Below are positions 25,849 through 36,108 of a stretch of 53,638 nucleotides of DNA, in pieces. This DNA comes from Eubacteriales bacterium (GTDB lineage Bacteria; Bacillota; Clostridia; Oscillospirales; QAKW01): positions 1 through 53,638 of the forward strand of contig JAZUNB010000086.1 in assembly GCA_045603925.1 (NCBI GenBank). Reading direction: 5' to 3'. The notes below the pieces were generated by a model. That model made no database searches. It had not been told where the DNA came from and saw nothing but the letters and a program-made list of their open reading frames with translations. The position numbers and the translations under genes are program-made. How positions within the stretch are numbered: position 1 is the stretch's first letter; each line of letters opens with the position of its first letter.

Positions 25849-26565
25849 TTATATCTGAATGGCAACAACGGTGATATTATCCGTGCCGCCTCTGCTGTTT
25901 GCCAGGTCGATCAGGCGTCGGGGAAGATCCTCAAATTCGCCGCCGGAAACCTCAAATTGGATTTCATTCTCATCTACCAGATTGGACAGACCGTCGGAAC
26001 ACAAAAGGATCACATCTCCTTGTGCAACCTCCAAGTCAAAAATATCCACATCTACCTCAGAATCGATGCCGAGAGCGCGGGTAATGATGTTTTTATTGGG
26101 ATGGATCCGCGCTTGACGCTCGGTGATCCTTCCGTTATCCACCAGCTCCTGCACAGCGGAGTGATCCTTGGTCACCTGCTGAATATTCCCGTTTGTGATA
26201 TGATAGCCGCGGCTGTCGCCGATGTTGGCAATGGAAACCGAATGCTCATTTACCATTGAAAGCACCATGGTCGTACCCATGCCGATGTATTCAGAGTTGT
26301 CTTTTGCTCCGTCAACAACTGCCTTATTGCAGTCCTGCATAAAATGAGTCAGTTTCTTTTTGGAGACCGAAGCGACAGAGTGGTTGGAAAACCATTCGGA
26401 AATGCGATCAACCGCAATTCTGCTGGCTTCCTGACCGCCCTTCACACCGCCCATACCGTCGCAAACAACGGCAACACCGGTATGATCTGTTGGACTGGAA
26501 AACCAAAAGGCATCTTGGTTTTCCTTACGCACCCTGCCAATATCACTATTGCCAACGATTTTCAT
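25849..26565 (-). CDS. stp: PP2C-family Ser/Thr phosphatase (Stp/PrpC)
   Basis: RKENQDAF, VCDGMGG and GGTDNITVV. Confidence 0.95.
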   Translation of the reverse strand: MKIVGNSDIGRVRKENQDAFWFSSPTDHTGVAVVCDGMGGVKGGQEASRIAVDRISEWFSNHSVASVSKKKLTHFMQDCNKAVVDGAKDNSEYIGMGTTMVLSMVNEHSVSIANIGDSRGYHITNGNIQQVTKDHSAVQELVDNGRITERQARIHPNKNIITRALGIDSEVDVDIFDLEVAQGDVILLCSDGLSNLVDENEIQFEVSGGEFEDLPRRLIDLANSRGGTDNITVVAIQI

Positions 26566-27602
26566 GACAATTCCTCCTTTTTGAGATTTTTATGCCGCAA
26601 TTGCCCGCAGGAAGCGGAGATATCGCTTCCCAGAGTACGGCGAATGGTTGTATTTAATCCTAAATTTATCAGATGCTCCTGAAAGAGCAGAATATTCTTT
26701 TTGGAAGGCGGTCGATAGGTTCCCGCCTCAATGGGATTTACCGGAATTAAATTGATATGGCATAAGATTCCCTTCAGCAATCGGCTCAATTGCTCCGCAT
26801 CCTCCCGACGGTCATTTACTCCGTCGATAACCGCATACTCAAAGGAGATCCGCCGCCCTGTTACCTTCTGATATTCCCTGCAAGCCTTCAGCAGAGCATC
26901 CAGTGAATATTTTCGATTTACCGGCATAATGGCGGACCGTTTTTCATCCGTGGATGCATGAAGGGAAATGGATAAGGTAATGGGAATATCCAGCTTGGCA
27001 AGTTCTGCAATACCGGGCACCAGACCGCAGGTGGAAAGGGAAATATGCCGATAACCGATATTGATCCCCTCGGGATCGTTCACGATCTTTAAAAACTTCA
27101 TAACCTGCGTGAGATTATCCAGCGGCTCGCCGATCCCCATCATCACAACATTGCTGATGCGGATCCCCAGATCCTTTTGGGCTTTTAAGATCTGATCCAG
27201 GATCTCACCGGCGGTTAAGGAACGAACCAACCCGTTTTTGGTCGATTGGCAAAAGGAACAGCCCATTCGGCACCCAACCTGCGATGAGATACAAATGGAA
27301 TAACCGTGATGGTATTTCATCACCACCGATTCGATCAAATGATCATCCTCCAGAAGGAAAAGATACTTTACCGTATCGTCCAATTCGGAATCAAACCGCT
27401 TATAGATCCGCAAGGTCGTAATGGTAGCCTTATCTTCCAAAGTTGCCTGCAAACTCTTAGGCAGATTCGTCATCTCCTCAAAGCGCTCTGCGCCCCGATG
27501 GAGCCATTGAAAGATCTGCTTGCCGCGAAAGGCCGGTTGACCAAGTTCTTTTATGTATGCAGTCAACTCTTCAATTGTCAAAGATTTTAAATCTTGTTTC
27601 AA
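26562..27602 (-). CDS. rlmN: 23S rRNA (adenine2503-C2)-methyltransferase RlmN
   Basis: Radical SAM motif CRMGCSFC and the C-terminal DISASCGQL. Confidence 0.95.
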   Translation of the reverse strand: MKQDLKSLTIEELTAYIKELGQPAFRGKQIFQWLHRGAERFEEMTNLPKSLQATLEDKATITTLRIYKRFDSELDDTVKYLFLLEDDHLIESVVMKYHHGYSICISSQVGCRMGCSFCQSTKNGLVRSLTAGEILDQILKAQKDLGIRISNVVMMGIGEPLDNLTQVMKFLKIVNDPEGINIGYRHISLSTCGLVPGIAELAKLDIPITLSISLHASTDEKRSAIMPVNRKYSLDALLKACREYQKVTGRRISFEYAVIDGVNDRREDAEQLSRLLKGILCHINLIPVNPIEAGTYRPPSKKNILLFQEHLINLGLNTTIRRTLGSDISASCGQLRHKNLKKEELS

Positions 27603-27606
27603 TAAC

Positions 27607-28875
27607 TTAATCCTTTTTTAAAACCGCAATATAGAATCCATCGCCGCCTTGCCCGGGCAAATAAAGCTTTTCACCTTTGTGCAATACAGAGGCGTCTTTG
27701 GAAAAATGCGGGTTTTCTTTTAAAAACCGTTCAATGAGCAGTTCATTCTCGCGGCGGTCAACGGTGCAGGTGGAATAAACCAACCGCCCACCGCTCTTCA
27801 AATAAGAAGCACCGTTTTGCAGAATGGAATACTGAACGGTAGTGAAATCATCACTTTGATAGGTCTTATATTTGATATCCGGCTTTTTGGACATCATTCC
27901 AAGCCCGCTGCAAGGCACATCGCACAATACAAAATCTGTCGATCCAATGCGCTCCGCAATTTGAATTGTGCCATCATTCTGCTGCGGTACCACATTGGTA
28001 TGACCCAACCGCGCCGCCTCTTTTTTCAGCAATTGAACCTTATGGGCATGCAGATCAAAAGAATGTATAATTCCATCGCTCAGCGCCGCCAGAATAAAGG
28101 TTTTTCCGCCGGGCGCGGCGCAGAGGTCCAAAATACTCTCCGCACCCTTGGGCATCAGCAAGGCCGCCTCCGCTGAATGGGGGCCAACAATATGATACCA
28201 GCCCTCCCGATAACTCGGGGAGTTTTCCGGGGAAAAACCGCGCTCGCATTTATAAAGGTGAGGCAATTCGGTTCCGGTAATCAAAAGCCCTTCCTCAGCC
28301 ATTTTGCTCAAAAACGCCTCTGCACTTCCCCGCTTCGGGTTATGAAACAGATACATTGCCGTATCCGGTGTTCGGATCCCTTCCATCATCTCAATAAAAG
28401 TTTGCTTTCCATACTGTTCTAAGAGCAGATCCACTAATTGGGGATCGATGGAATAGCGAACCGAAAAATCCGCTTTTTTCAAAGCAAGAAGCGTTTCCCG
28501 TTCCCGATCGCAACACCGTAAGACCGCATTAACCAAACCACTAAAAGAAGCAAGGCCTCTTTTTTTGATCAGTTCCACCGAAGTGTTGCAGGCGGCGGAG
28601 GCGGGGATGTCCATATAAAACATCTGATAAAGGCCCATCCGCAAAAGGCATCGCACCGAAGGCTTGATCTTCGGCTGATCCAGACATTGATTCAAAAAGT
28701 GATCCAGCGTGATCCTGCGTTCCACAACTCCGTAGACCAACGCGGTGATAAACCGACGATCCCGTTCATCGAAAACCTCACGCAAAGCTTTTTTTAGCGC
28801 CAGATTGGGAAAGGTTTGATTGGTTTCCCAGTCCTCCAGCAATTGATATGCAATTTTTCTTGCATCTACATTCAT
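27607..28875 (-). CDS. rsmB: 16S rRNA (cytosine967-C5)-methyltransferase RsmB
   Basis: NusB-like N-terminus, DLCAAPGGKT, DVPCSGLG and YSTCT. The start MNVDARK overlaps the upstream stop (ATGA). Confidence 0.9.
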   Translation of the reverse strand: MNVDARKIAYQLLEDWETNQTFPNLALKKALREVFDERDRRFITALVYGVVERRITLDHFLNQCLDQPKIKPSVRCLLRMGLYQMFYMDIPASAACNTSVELIKKRGLASFSGLVNAVLRCCDRERETLLALKKADFSVRYSIDPQLVDLLLEQYGKQTFIEMMEGIRTPDTAMYLFHNPKRGSAEAFLSKMAEEGLLITGTELPHLYKCERGFSPENSPSYREGWYHIVGPHSAEAALLMPKGAESILDLCAAPGGKTFILAALSDGIIHSFDLHAHKVQLLKKEAARLGHTNVVPQQNDGTIQIAERIGSTDFVLCDVPCSGLGMMSKKPDIKYKTYQSDDFTTVQYSILQNGASYLKSGGRLVYSTCTVDRRENELLIERFLKENPHFSKDASVLHKGEKLYLPGQGGDGFYIAVLKKD

Positions 28876-29561
28876 CGGTTTCTCCGACGGCTGATCATAA
28901 TGATCAGTTGCCATAAGGCGGTAATCGCCGCAGCCACATAAGTCATCGCCGCCGCACTCAAAACCTTTTTCACTCCGCGTACATCCTCAAAATCATAACC
29001 TGCGCCCTCGATCTGAGCAACAGCGCGGGCTGAAGCATTGAATTCCACCGGCAGAGTGATCAATTGAAAGAAGAACAGTACTGCATAGCACAGGATGGCA
29101 ACATTAAACAACGCGGTACTCATCGGCCCCGAAAAAATGAAGCTGAGAAGCACGATCACATATAAAAGCTTAGAACTGAAATTGGTGATTCCGACCACCG
29201 CACTGCGCACTCGGATCGGGAAATAGCCAACCTGATGCTGAATGGCATGGCCGCATTCATGGGCGGCGATACCGATCGATGCAATGCTGGTTCCGTTGTA
29301 TACCGCCGAAGAAAGGCTGACCACCTTTTTAGCGGGATTATAATGATCCGAAAGATTTCCGCCGATGCAAACAACGCTCACATCATGGATCCCCGCGCCC
29401 CGCAGAATCATCTCTGCCATCTGTGCGCCGGTCATTCGGCGTCCGTTTTCAATTTTTGAATACTTTGAATAGGTTGATTGCAGGCGCGTTTGAACAAACA
29501 AACTGATCAAAAGCACCGGAAGCATCGCATAGATGCCGATATAATAACTGTTAAAGAGCAT
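28872..29561 (-). CDS. Membrane zinc metallopeptidase (putative neutral zinc metallopeptidase family)
   Basis: HECGHAIQH (HExxH) between TM segments. Confidence 0.8.
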   Translation of the reverse strand: MLFNSYYIGIYAMLPVLLISLFVQTRLQSTYSKYSKIENGRRMTGAQMAEMILRGAGIHDVSVVCIGGNLSDHYNPAKKVVSLSSAVYNGTSIASIGIAAHECGHAIQHQVGYFPIRVRSAVVGITNFSSKLLYVIVLLSFIFSGPMSTALFNVAILCYAVLFFFQLITLPVEFNASARAVAQIEGAGYDFEDVRGVKKVLSAAAMTYVAAAITALWQLIIMISRRRNR

Positions 29562-29573
29562 CCATAACTCTCC

Positions 29574-30509
29574 TTATTTTAAAAATTCTCCTACCGCAAG
29601 TTTAGCACCGCAGGCATAAGAATATGCGTCCGTTTTGTTTTTACCTTGTTTTTGCACCGTTGTCAAAATCAAGGTATTTCCGTCGCCGCAGGCAATTCCG
29701 ATCCCTTCGGCGGAAACACAAACAATACTGCCAACCGCTCCATTGGTCTTTCCGCCCAAAACCGCCTCATGGATCTTGATCCGATAATCATCGATCTCCA
29801 CAAAAGCACCGGGAGCGGGATTCAAGCCCATAATCAAATTCTTCAATTCGTGAGCGGGTCTATTGAAATCAAGAGCACCTTCCGATTTTTCGATCATCGG
29901 CGCATGGGTGGCAAGAGCATCGTCTTGAGGGGTATAGACCGCCGTACCCGCAACGATCTTATTGATCGCATCGATCAATGCTTCGGCGCCGATCAAAGCC
30001 AGGCGATCAAATAAAGTTCCGGCCGTATCCTTTTCGGAAATAGGAGTGGATCTGCAAAGGATCATATCGCCTGTATCCATCCCTTCGGCCATCCTCATAA
30101 TGGTAACGCCTGTCTCCTTTTCTCCGTTGATCACCGCACGCTGAATGGGCGCGGCACCGCGGTATTTAGGTAGCAAGGAGCCATGCACATTGATACAACC
30201 GTAGCGGGGATAATTGAGAATATAGGTGGGTAAGATCCGCCCGTATGCCGCCACAACAATGATATCCGGCTTCGCCTCGTCAAGAACTGTCTGAAAACTG
30301 CCGTCCTTCAAAACAGTCGGTTGCCAGCATGGAATATTATGCCCTAAAGCAAATTCCTTTACGGGAGGCGCCGCCATCTTTCCGCCGCGGCCCTTGGGGC
30401 GGTCCGGCTGGGTAACAACGCCCGCCAAATCAAAATGCTCATAGACCGCCTTGCAGGAGACCAAAGCAAAATCAGGCGTCCCCATAAATAGAACACGAAG
30501 ATCACTCAT
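29574..30509 (-). CDS. fmt: Methionyl-tRNA formyltransferase
   Basis: VLFMGTPDFA and NVHGSLLPKYRGAAPIQ. The ATG at 30509 overlaps the def stop. Confidence 0.95.
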   Translation of the reverse strand: MSDLRVLFMGTPDFALVSCKAVYEHFDLAGVVTQPDRPKGRGGKMAAPPVKEFALGHNIPCWQPTVLKDGSFQTVLDEAKPDIIVVAAYGRILPTYILNYPRYGCINVHGSLLPKYRGAAPIQRAVINGEKETGVTIMRMAEGMDTGDMILCRSTPISEKDTAGTLFDRLALIGAEALIDAINKIVAGTAVYTPQDDALATHAPMIEKSEGALDFNRPAHELKNLIMGLNPAPGAFVEIDDYRIKIHEAVLGGKTNGAVGSIVCVSAEGIGIACGDGNTLILTTVQKQGKNKTDAYSYACGAKLAVGEFLK

Positions 30510-30969
30510 CGCCAAAGACCTCTTCTCCGATCAGCGGGATGGTAATTCCCTCAAGGTGATCATATTCATGAAGCAGGCAACGGGCGAGAAAATCGTCCGC
30601 AGAAAACTCAAAGGTCTCCCCCTTCACATTCTGCGCCCGCACCTTTACTTTATTGGCGCGCACAATACGGAAGGTTCTTCCCGGAAAGGATAGGCATCCT
30701 TCATAATAACGATCATTCTTTCCGGTCGCGGAAAGGATCTCAGGATTAATAAACTCTTTATACTCCGAACCGTCGCCGTGAATATCAGCGATAAACAGGC
30801 GGCGTAAAACCCCAACCTGCGGAGCGGCAAGGCCTGCTCCCGCTTCCTTGCGAAGGGTCTCTCTCATATCCTCCACCAAGGTTGCAAGCTTTTCATCAAA
30901 GTTTGTTACCGGTCGGGATTTTTTTCCTAAAAACTCCATGTCGTTTTTCACAACATTTCTAAGTGCCAT
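30502..30969 (-). CDS. def: Peptide deformylase
   Basis: GAGLAAPQVG, EGCLSFPG and HEYDHLEG. Confidence 0.95.
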   Translation of the reverse strand: MALRNVVKNDMEFLGKKSRPVTNFDEKLATLVEDMRETLRKEAGAGLAAPQVGVLRRLFIADIHGDGSEYKEFINPEILSATGKNDRYYEGCLSFPGRTFRIVRANKVKVRAQNVKGETFEFSADDFLARCLLHEYDHLEGITIPLIGEEVFGDE

Positions 30970-30978
30970 TTGTTCACC

Positions 30979-33402
30979 TCAAAAATACTGAATGGGATTT
31001 ATGTTATAAAGCATCTGCACCCCTGCGGGCAGTTCCAATGCGCGGCATTCCCGAATCAGCGCGCGCAGGCGGGCAGAGTTTTTGCATTTTACCATCATCT
31101 GCATCCGATGGCGCCCGCGGATCATCCCGATACGGGGGATCACCGGCGTCAGCAAACGCAGAGGAATATCATTATAATCGCCAAGGCTTGCTCGCTGAAT
31201 GTATTGGTAGATCCCGAAGATCCCATCATAGACCGCCTTGGAGGAAAAGCCCTCGGCAGAAACCATCAGAATATCGCAGAAGGGCGGATACCCCGCCAAT
31301 TTACGGAAAGCAATTTCCTGTTTATAAAATTGCAGGTAATTCTGCTCCTTCGATAGGGCGATCACTTGATGATCGGGGCAATAGGTCTGAATAATGGCCC
31401 GCCCTGCCTTTCCGCTTCTGCCTGAACGCCCGCAAACCTGCGTCAGCAGATTAAAGGTACGCTCATTGGCGCGAAAATCGTCGATATAAAGGGACATATC
31501 CGCCTGCAGAACGCCAACCAAGGTCACATTTGGAAAATCCAACCCCTTAGCAACCATCTGGGTTCCCAAAACGATATCGTATTCACCCTTGCGAAAGGCG
31601 TCCAGCCGCTCCCCGTAAGAAAGATAGGAATCAATGGTATCCATATCCATCCGCAAAACGCGAGCATCGGGAAACAGTTGGTTCAACTCGTCTTCCACAT
31701 ATTGGGTACCGAGACCAAGCATTTTGATCTGCTTTCCTTTGCATTCGGGGCATTCATAGAATCGCTTGATATTATAGCCGCAATAGTGGCACATCAGCCG
31801 ATTATTGGCCTTATGATAGGTCAAGGATATCTGGCAGGAGGGGCATTTCGCGATGGCGCCGCAGGAAGAGCAGCCTACCACCGAATGCATTCCCCGCCGA
31901 TTTAAAAACAGAATTGCCTGTTCTTTATGCTCTAAAGTGCCCTTCAGCGCCTCAACCAAGGTTTCGCTGAACAGCTTGGTCCCTTCCGCCATCATCTGCT
32001 CCCGCATATCCACCAGGGTCACTTCCGGCAAAGCGGCATTATTATACCGTTTTTCCATAGTGTGAAGGGAATAATTTCCTCGCTCGGCTTGGTAATAGCT
32101 TTCTAAGGAAGGCGTTGCCGAAGCCAGAAGCAGGGGAATCTGATGGTGATAGGATAAAAAGCGGGCAATATCACGGGCATGAAATCGGGGCGAGGTTTCC
32201 GACTTATAAGTGGACTCATGCTCCTCATCCATAATGATCAGCCCAAGGTTTTTCATAGGCGCAAAGATCGCACTCCGGGTACCGACAACCACGGTGGCAT
32301 CCCCACGGTGGATCTTTTTCCATTCATCTGCCTTCTCGCCGATGGATAGGCCGCTATGCAAAACCGAAACGCAATTGCCGTATCGCAGATAAAAGCGGCT
32401 GAGCATTTGCGGAGTCAGCGCAATTTCCGGAACCAGCATTAAAACCGATTTTCCGCGGGCAGTCAGATCGTCCATCAGCTTCATAAAAACATGTGTCTTT
32501 CCGCTTCCGGTCACCCCGTAAAGAAGATGGGTTCCTTCCTGATCAAAGGAAGAGGAAACCGCCGCATACGCCTCTTGCTGTTCTTCTTGCAGATGAAGTT
32601 CCTGCCTTTGAAGATCACGCTCCATATGCTCATAAGGGGTACGCTCCCGCCCTTCATTGTAAACCTCGATCAAGCCTTTCTTGGTCAAGGTCTTCACCGT
32701 TGAAGGTCCGCAACCGGAATAATACAGAGCATCCTTGGCAGATAAAACCGTTTCTTCCAAAAAAAGCGCCAAGAGATCCCGTTGCTTTTCAAAGCGATGA
32801 TCCAGTTCCGAAAGGTATTGCTCCAATTCCTCTGCCGAGAGAGTGCATCGGATCATTTTTTCTTTCAGATCCCCGATGTTTCGCACCGAGGTTACTTCCT
32901 CTACCAAAACACCGTCCCGATAGGCCGCCAGACAAAGGGGCTTCAGCGAAGAGGGGAAATCACTGCGGCGGATCGGCTTCCCGACAGCGCGCATATGAAG
33001 GATCAGCTTTTCGTATTCCGGAGGATATTCCGAAAGTGCAGGGTGAAGAGCGAAGATCTCATTCACCTTATAGTCCAAGCCGCGAGGGATCATACAACGG
33101 ATCGCCTGATAGCGGGTCACAAAATACTGCTTCGACATCCAGTCGGCAAGCTTTAAGCGGACCGTATCCAGCATCGGTGCGCGGTCCAGCAAACGGATCA
33201 CCTCTTTAAGAGTACCGTCTACCTCTCCGTCAAACACCTCTAAAACCATAGCCTTCTTCATCATATTGGCTTTGCCGAACGGTACCAACACCCGCATCCC
33301 GGGCTGAACCGCTTCCGCAAGAGCGCCGCTGAGAAGATAGTCATAGTCCCGATCTATTTTTTCAACGATCTGATCGATCGCGACCCGACAAATACGAGCC
33401 AT
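30979..33402 (-). CDS. priA: Primosomal replication protein N' (PriA helicase)
   Basis: GVTGSGKT, DEEH, Cys-rich zinc fingers (CSSCGAIAKCPSCQ...CHYCGY...CPECK) and GRSGR. Confidence 0.95.
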   Translation of the reverse strand: MARICRVAIDQIVEKIDRDYDYLLSGALAEAVQPGMRVLVPFGKANMMKKAMVLEVFDGEVDGTLKEVIRLLDRAPMLDTVRLKLADWMSKQYFVTRYQAIRCMIPRGLDYKVNEIFALHPALSEYPPEYEKLILHMRAVGKPIRRSDFPSSLKPLCLAAYRDGVLVEEVTSVRNIGDLKEKMIRCTLSAEELEQYLSELDHRFEKQRDLLALFLEETVLSAKDALYYSGCGPSTVKTLTKKGLIEVYNEGRERTPYEHMERDLQRQELHLQEEQQEAYAAVSSSFDQEGTHLLYGVTGSGKTHVFMKLMDDLTARGKSVLMLVPEIALTPQMLSRFYLRYGNCVSVLHSGLSIGEKADEWKKIHRGDATVVVGTRSAIFAPMKNLGLIIMDEEHESTYKSETSPRFHARDIARFLSYHHQIPLLLASATPSLESYYQAERGNYSLHTMEKRYNNAALPEVTLVDMREQMMAEGTKLFSETLVEALKGTLEHKEQAILFLNRRGMHSVVGCSSCGAIAKCPSCQISLTYHKANNRLMCHYCGYNIKRFYECPECKGKQIKMLGLGTQYVEDELNQLFPDARVLRMDMDTIDSYLSYGERLDAFRKGEYDIVLGTQMVAKGLDFPNVTLVGVLQADMSLYIDDFRANERTFNLLTQVCGRSGRSGKAGRAIIQTYCPDHQVIALSKEQNYLQFYKQEIAFRKLAGYPPFCDILMVSAEGFSSKAVYDGIFGIYQYIQRASLGDYNDIPLRLLTPVIPRIGMIRGRHRMQMMVKCKNSARLRALIRECRALELPAGVQMLYNINPIQYF

Positions 33403-33404
33403 AA

Positions 33405-33620
33405 TTATTCTTCAACAGCCTCGGTTTCTTTTGCTTCCTTCACCGTTACCTTGCCGGCGGCGATGTCCATGATGGCCATCTTCACAGGCTTATGGGGCAG
33501 ATCGATCTCCTGGGCGTTGGCCTGCTCGGAAATCTGGCGGGCGCGCTTTGCGGTCATAATGACCAGTGCATAGCGGCTGCTGGATTTGTTTTCAAGTTCA
33601 GATACTGCGGGATAAAGCAT
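33405..33620 (-). CDS. rpoZ: DNA-directed RNA polymerase subunit omega
   Basis: 71 aa: SRYALVIMTAKRARQI. Confidence 0.9.
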   Translation of the reverse strand: MLYPAVSELENKSSSRYALVIMTAKRARQISEQANAQEIDLPHKPVKMAIMDIAAGKVTVKEAKETEAVEE

Positions 33621-33634
33621 AATAAATTCTCCTT

Positions 33635-34186
33635 TTATTTTCTGATAATTTGGTCTATTTTCAAAGCAGCGGTCTCCACATCATCATTGATGACCTGAAA
33701 TTGATACCGATCTGCTTTTTCAATCTCATCTTTGGCTTTGGCAATGCGGGCGGCGATCACATCGGGCTCCTCGGTTCCGCGCCCCGAAAGGCGCCGTTCC
33801 AATTCCTCGATGCTGGGCGGCAGAATGAACACCGATACTGCATCGGGGCATCTGCCCATCACCTGCTCCGCGCCGCAGGGCTCGATCTCCAAAACAACAT
33901 CCTTGCCCTGCATTCGCTGTTCTTCCACAAAATCCATGGGCGTGCCGTAGTAGTTATCGCAATAAACGGCATATTCCAGCATCTCTCCGTTATGGATCTT
34001 ATGCTCAAACATTTCTTTGGTAACAAAAAAGTATTCCACACCGTTCTGCTCACCGGGCCTCGGCTGACGGGTGGTGGCAGAAACCGAATAGATCAGGTTG
34101 GAATTGCGGCGGAACACCTCAGCAAGAACTGTTCCCTTTCCTGCGCCGCTGGGGCCGGAGATGATGATCAGTTTTCCTTTACTCAT
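33635..34186 (-). CDS. gmk: Guanylate kinase
   Basis: [26 protein letters not shown]. The start overlaps the remA stop. Confidence 0.95.
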   Translation of the reverse strand: MSKGKLIIISGPSGAGKGTVLAEVFRRNSNLIYSVSATTRQPRPGEQNGVEYFFVTKEMFEHKIHNGEMLEYAVYCDNYYGTPMDFVEEQRMQGKDVVLEIEPCGAEQVMGRCPDAVSVFILPPSIEELERRLSGRGTEEPDVIAARIAKAKDEIEKADRYQFQVINDDVETAALKIDQIIRK

Positions 34187-34445
34187 CGTCTTCTCCTTCC
34201 TCCTCATCGTAGCTATCGGTCAGGCGGTTGGCAACCGTTTCCGGCTGCAGCGGAGAGAGGATCACATGATCACTGTCGGTAATGATCACCGCGCGGGTGC
34301 GACGCCCGTATGTAGCATCCACCAAAACGCTGGCCTCCTTGGCCTCTAAAATGATTCGTTTGATCGGTGCGCTGTCGGGGCTCACAATGGAAATAATACG
34401 GGAAGAATTCACCATATTACCGAATCCGATATTGATAAGTTTCAT
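34179..34445 (-). CDS. remA: RemA (DUF370) extracellular-matrix regulator
   Basis: [32 protein letters not shown]. Confidence 0.9.
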   Translation of the reverse strand: MKLINIGFGNMVNSSRIISIVSPDSAPIKRIILEAKEASVLVDATYGRRTRAVIITDSDHVILSPLQPETVANRLTDSYDEEEGEDDE

Positions 34446-34454
34446 AAGCCCTCC

Positions 34455-35336
34455 TTACTCCAGGTTCTGGATCTGCTCACGGATCTTCTCGATGCAGGAT
34501 TTAACATCCACAACGATCTTGGTAATTTCAATGCTGTTGCACTTAGAACCGGTGGTATTGATCTCGCGGTTCATCTCCTGTACAAGAAAGTCCAATTTCT
34601 TGCCGACAGGGCCGCCCTGCTCCAGCAGAGATTTAAACTGTGATAAATGGCTTCTTAACCGAACGGTTTCTTCGTCCACCGCAACTTTATCGGCAAAGAT
34701 GGCCACTTCGGTCAAAAGGCGGCTTTCATCTACATTCCGATCGCCCAGCGTTTCGCGGATCTTTTCTTCCAGCCGCGAGCGATAAGCGTCCACCGATTCA
34801 GGAGCCAGCCGCTCCACCTTCTCCACCGCATCAGCGATAAAATCCAAATTATTTAAAAGATCTTTCTTCAGCTTCTCGCCCTCGATCTCCCGCATCTCAA
34901 CAAAAGCCTTCAAGGCATCGTCTACTGCGGAAAGAACAGCGGCGGTGATCTCTTCATCGGAGACCTCCGGCTGGCGGATGGTTAAAACATCCGGCAGAGT
35001 CAAAAGTCGCGAAGCGCCGAGATCATTCTGAACCCCCAAGGCAGACAGCTGCTCGGCAGCGTCCAGATAAGCCTTCACTAAGGACTGATCCACCGAAGCG
35101 GTCAGCTCGGCGCTCTCCAAGGATTTCTCGGTATGGAAATAAACATCCACCTTACCGCGGGTCACCGATTCGGCGATCCGCTTTTTGATAGGCTCCTCCA
35201 AAAAGGCATAGTCTTTATAGATCCTTGCCGAAAAATCAAAGAACCGATGGTTCACCGATTTGATATCAATTGTAAAATCCAGACCGCCGAAGGTACCACT
35301 TCCGCGCCCGAAACCGGTCATACTTTTCACGGACAT
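34455..35336 (-). CDS. yicC: YicC family stress-induced protein
   Basis: SMTGFGRG, SVNHRF and the C-terminal EMNREINTTGSK. Confidence 0.9.
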   Translation of the reverse strand: MSVKSMTGFGRGSGTFGGLDFTIDIKSVNHRFFDFSARIYKDYAFLEEPIKKRIAESVTRGKVDVYFHTEKSLESAELTASVDQSLVKAYLDAAEQLSALGVQNDLGASRLLTLPDVLTIRQPEVSDEEITAAVLSAVDDALKAFVEMREIEGEKLKKDLLNNLDFIADAVEKVERLAPESVDAYRSRLEEKIRETLGDRNVDESRLLTEVAIFADKVAVDEETVRLRSHLSQFKSLLEQGGPVGKKLDFLVQEMNREINTTGSKCNSIEITKIVVDVKSCIEKIREQIQNLE

Positions 35337-35372
35337 TTCATACTACTCCATTATATAGATATTTATTATATA

Positions 35373-35400
35373 ATAATAACATAAATACGGTTTTTGTCAA
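35373..35400 (-). promoter_or_regulatory. Sigma-A promoter upstream of yicC
   Basis: The minus strand reads TTGACA (35395-35400), a 16 nt spacer, then TGtTATTAT (-10 at 35373-35378). Confidence 0.5.
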
Positions 35401-35463
35401 TATTTTCGCCCCATTTTTAAAAGTCGGAAACATAAAAAAATGCCTCCGACTTTTTTCTTGCAG

Positions 35464-36045
35464 TTATTTTGTTAAAAGACTGTAGGCATCAGGCCCCGAT
35501 AACCGCTCTCCCCATTCCCTCAAAACAGACTCATTCACATAATGGAAACAGCACCGCTCCCCATATTCGGAAAGATGCGCAAGAGCATCTGAAAAACCAT
35601 TGGAATCAACGGTATGCGGAGAAAAGGACAACGCTGCATAATACCTATTTCGGTAATAATACAATTCGCTTCTCTCGGGCGGATGCTCCTTCAGCTGTTG
35701 AAAGAATTTCAAAACATCCTTTCCATGCTCCAATCGAAAAAGATACATTTCCAATTCTGCGCGATCCGCCTTATCAAATGCCACTTTTTCCGTCCCATCG
35801 CTTTTCATTCGGGTCAGCAAAACATAGTAACTGCGGGAAACGCCGGGAATCACCTCGATCATCAGGCAACTGTCCATAAAATTCACACCGGTCTGATCAT
35901 AGGTTTTTTGGATCAGATCATACAGAAATGCTTTGGATATCGGATCATCATAATCCAGTTTTTCAAAGGGAAGATCATAAAAATCAACATCCTGATCCTC
36001 CATCAGTATTTTCACACGATCCCGATCCAAAACCTTCAGCAACAT
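35464..36045 (-). CDS. mecA: MecA-family adaptor protein
   Basis: The N-terminal pattern LKVLDRDRVKILMEDQDV and the C-terminal LYYYRNRYYAALSF...LSEYGE resemble B. subtilis MecA (LYSFENRYYLYVDF...LLEYA). RBS is GGGAGG. Confidence 0.65.
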   Translation of the reverse strand: MLLKVLDRDRVKILMEDQDVDFYDLPFEKLDYDDPISKAFLYDLIQKTYDQTGVNFMDSCLMIEVIPGVSRSYYVLLTRMKSDGTEKVAFDKADRAELEMYLFRLEHGKDVLKFFQQLKEHPPERSELYYYRNRYYAALSFSPHTVDSNGFSDALAHLSEYGERCCFHYVNESVLREWGERLSGPDAYSLLTK

Positions 36046-36108
36046 GATAACGCCTCCCATAATGCGGGCTTCCCGCTCTTTACAATTTATGAGAATTCCG
36101 AAAGACGG

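Noticed and set aside
35421-35456. A hairpin whose stem (AAGTCGGA/TCCGACTT) equals the terminal inverted repeats of the 85 nt spacer at 53458-53542
   Set aside because: It is an 8 bp identity found post hoc. The 35.4 kb hairpin looks like an ordinary T-tract terminator, so there is not enough evidence to claim a shared element.
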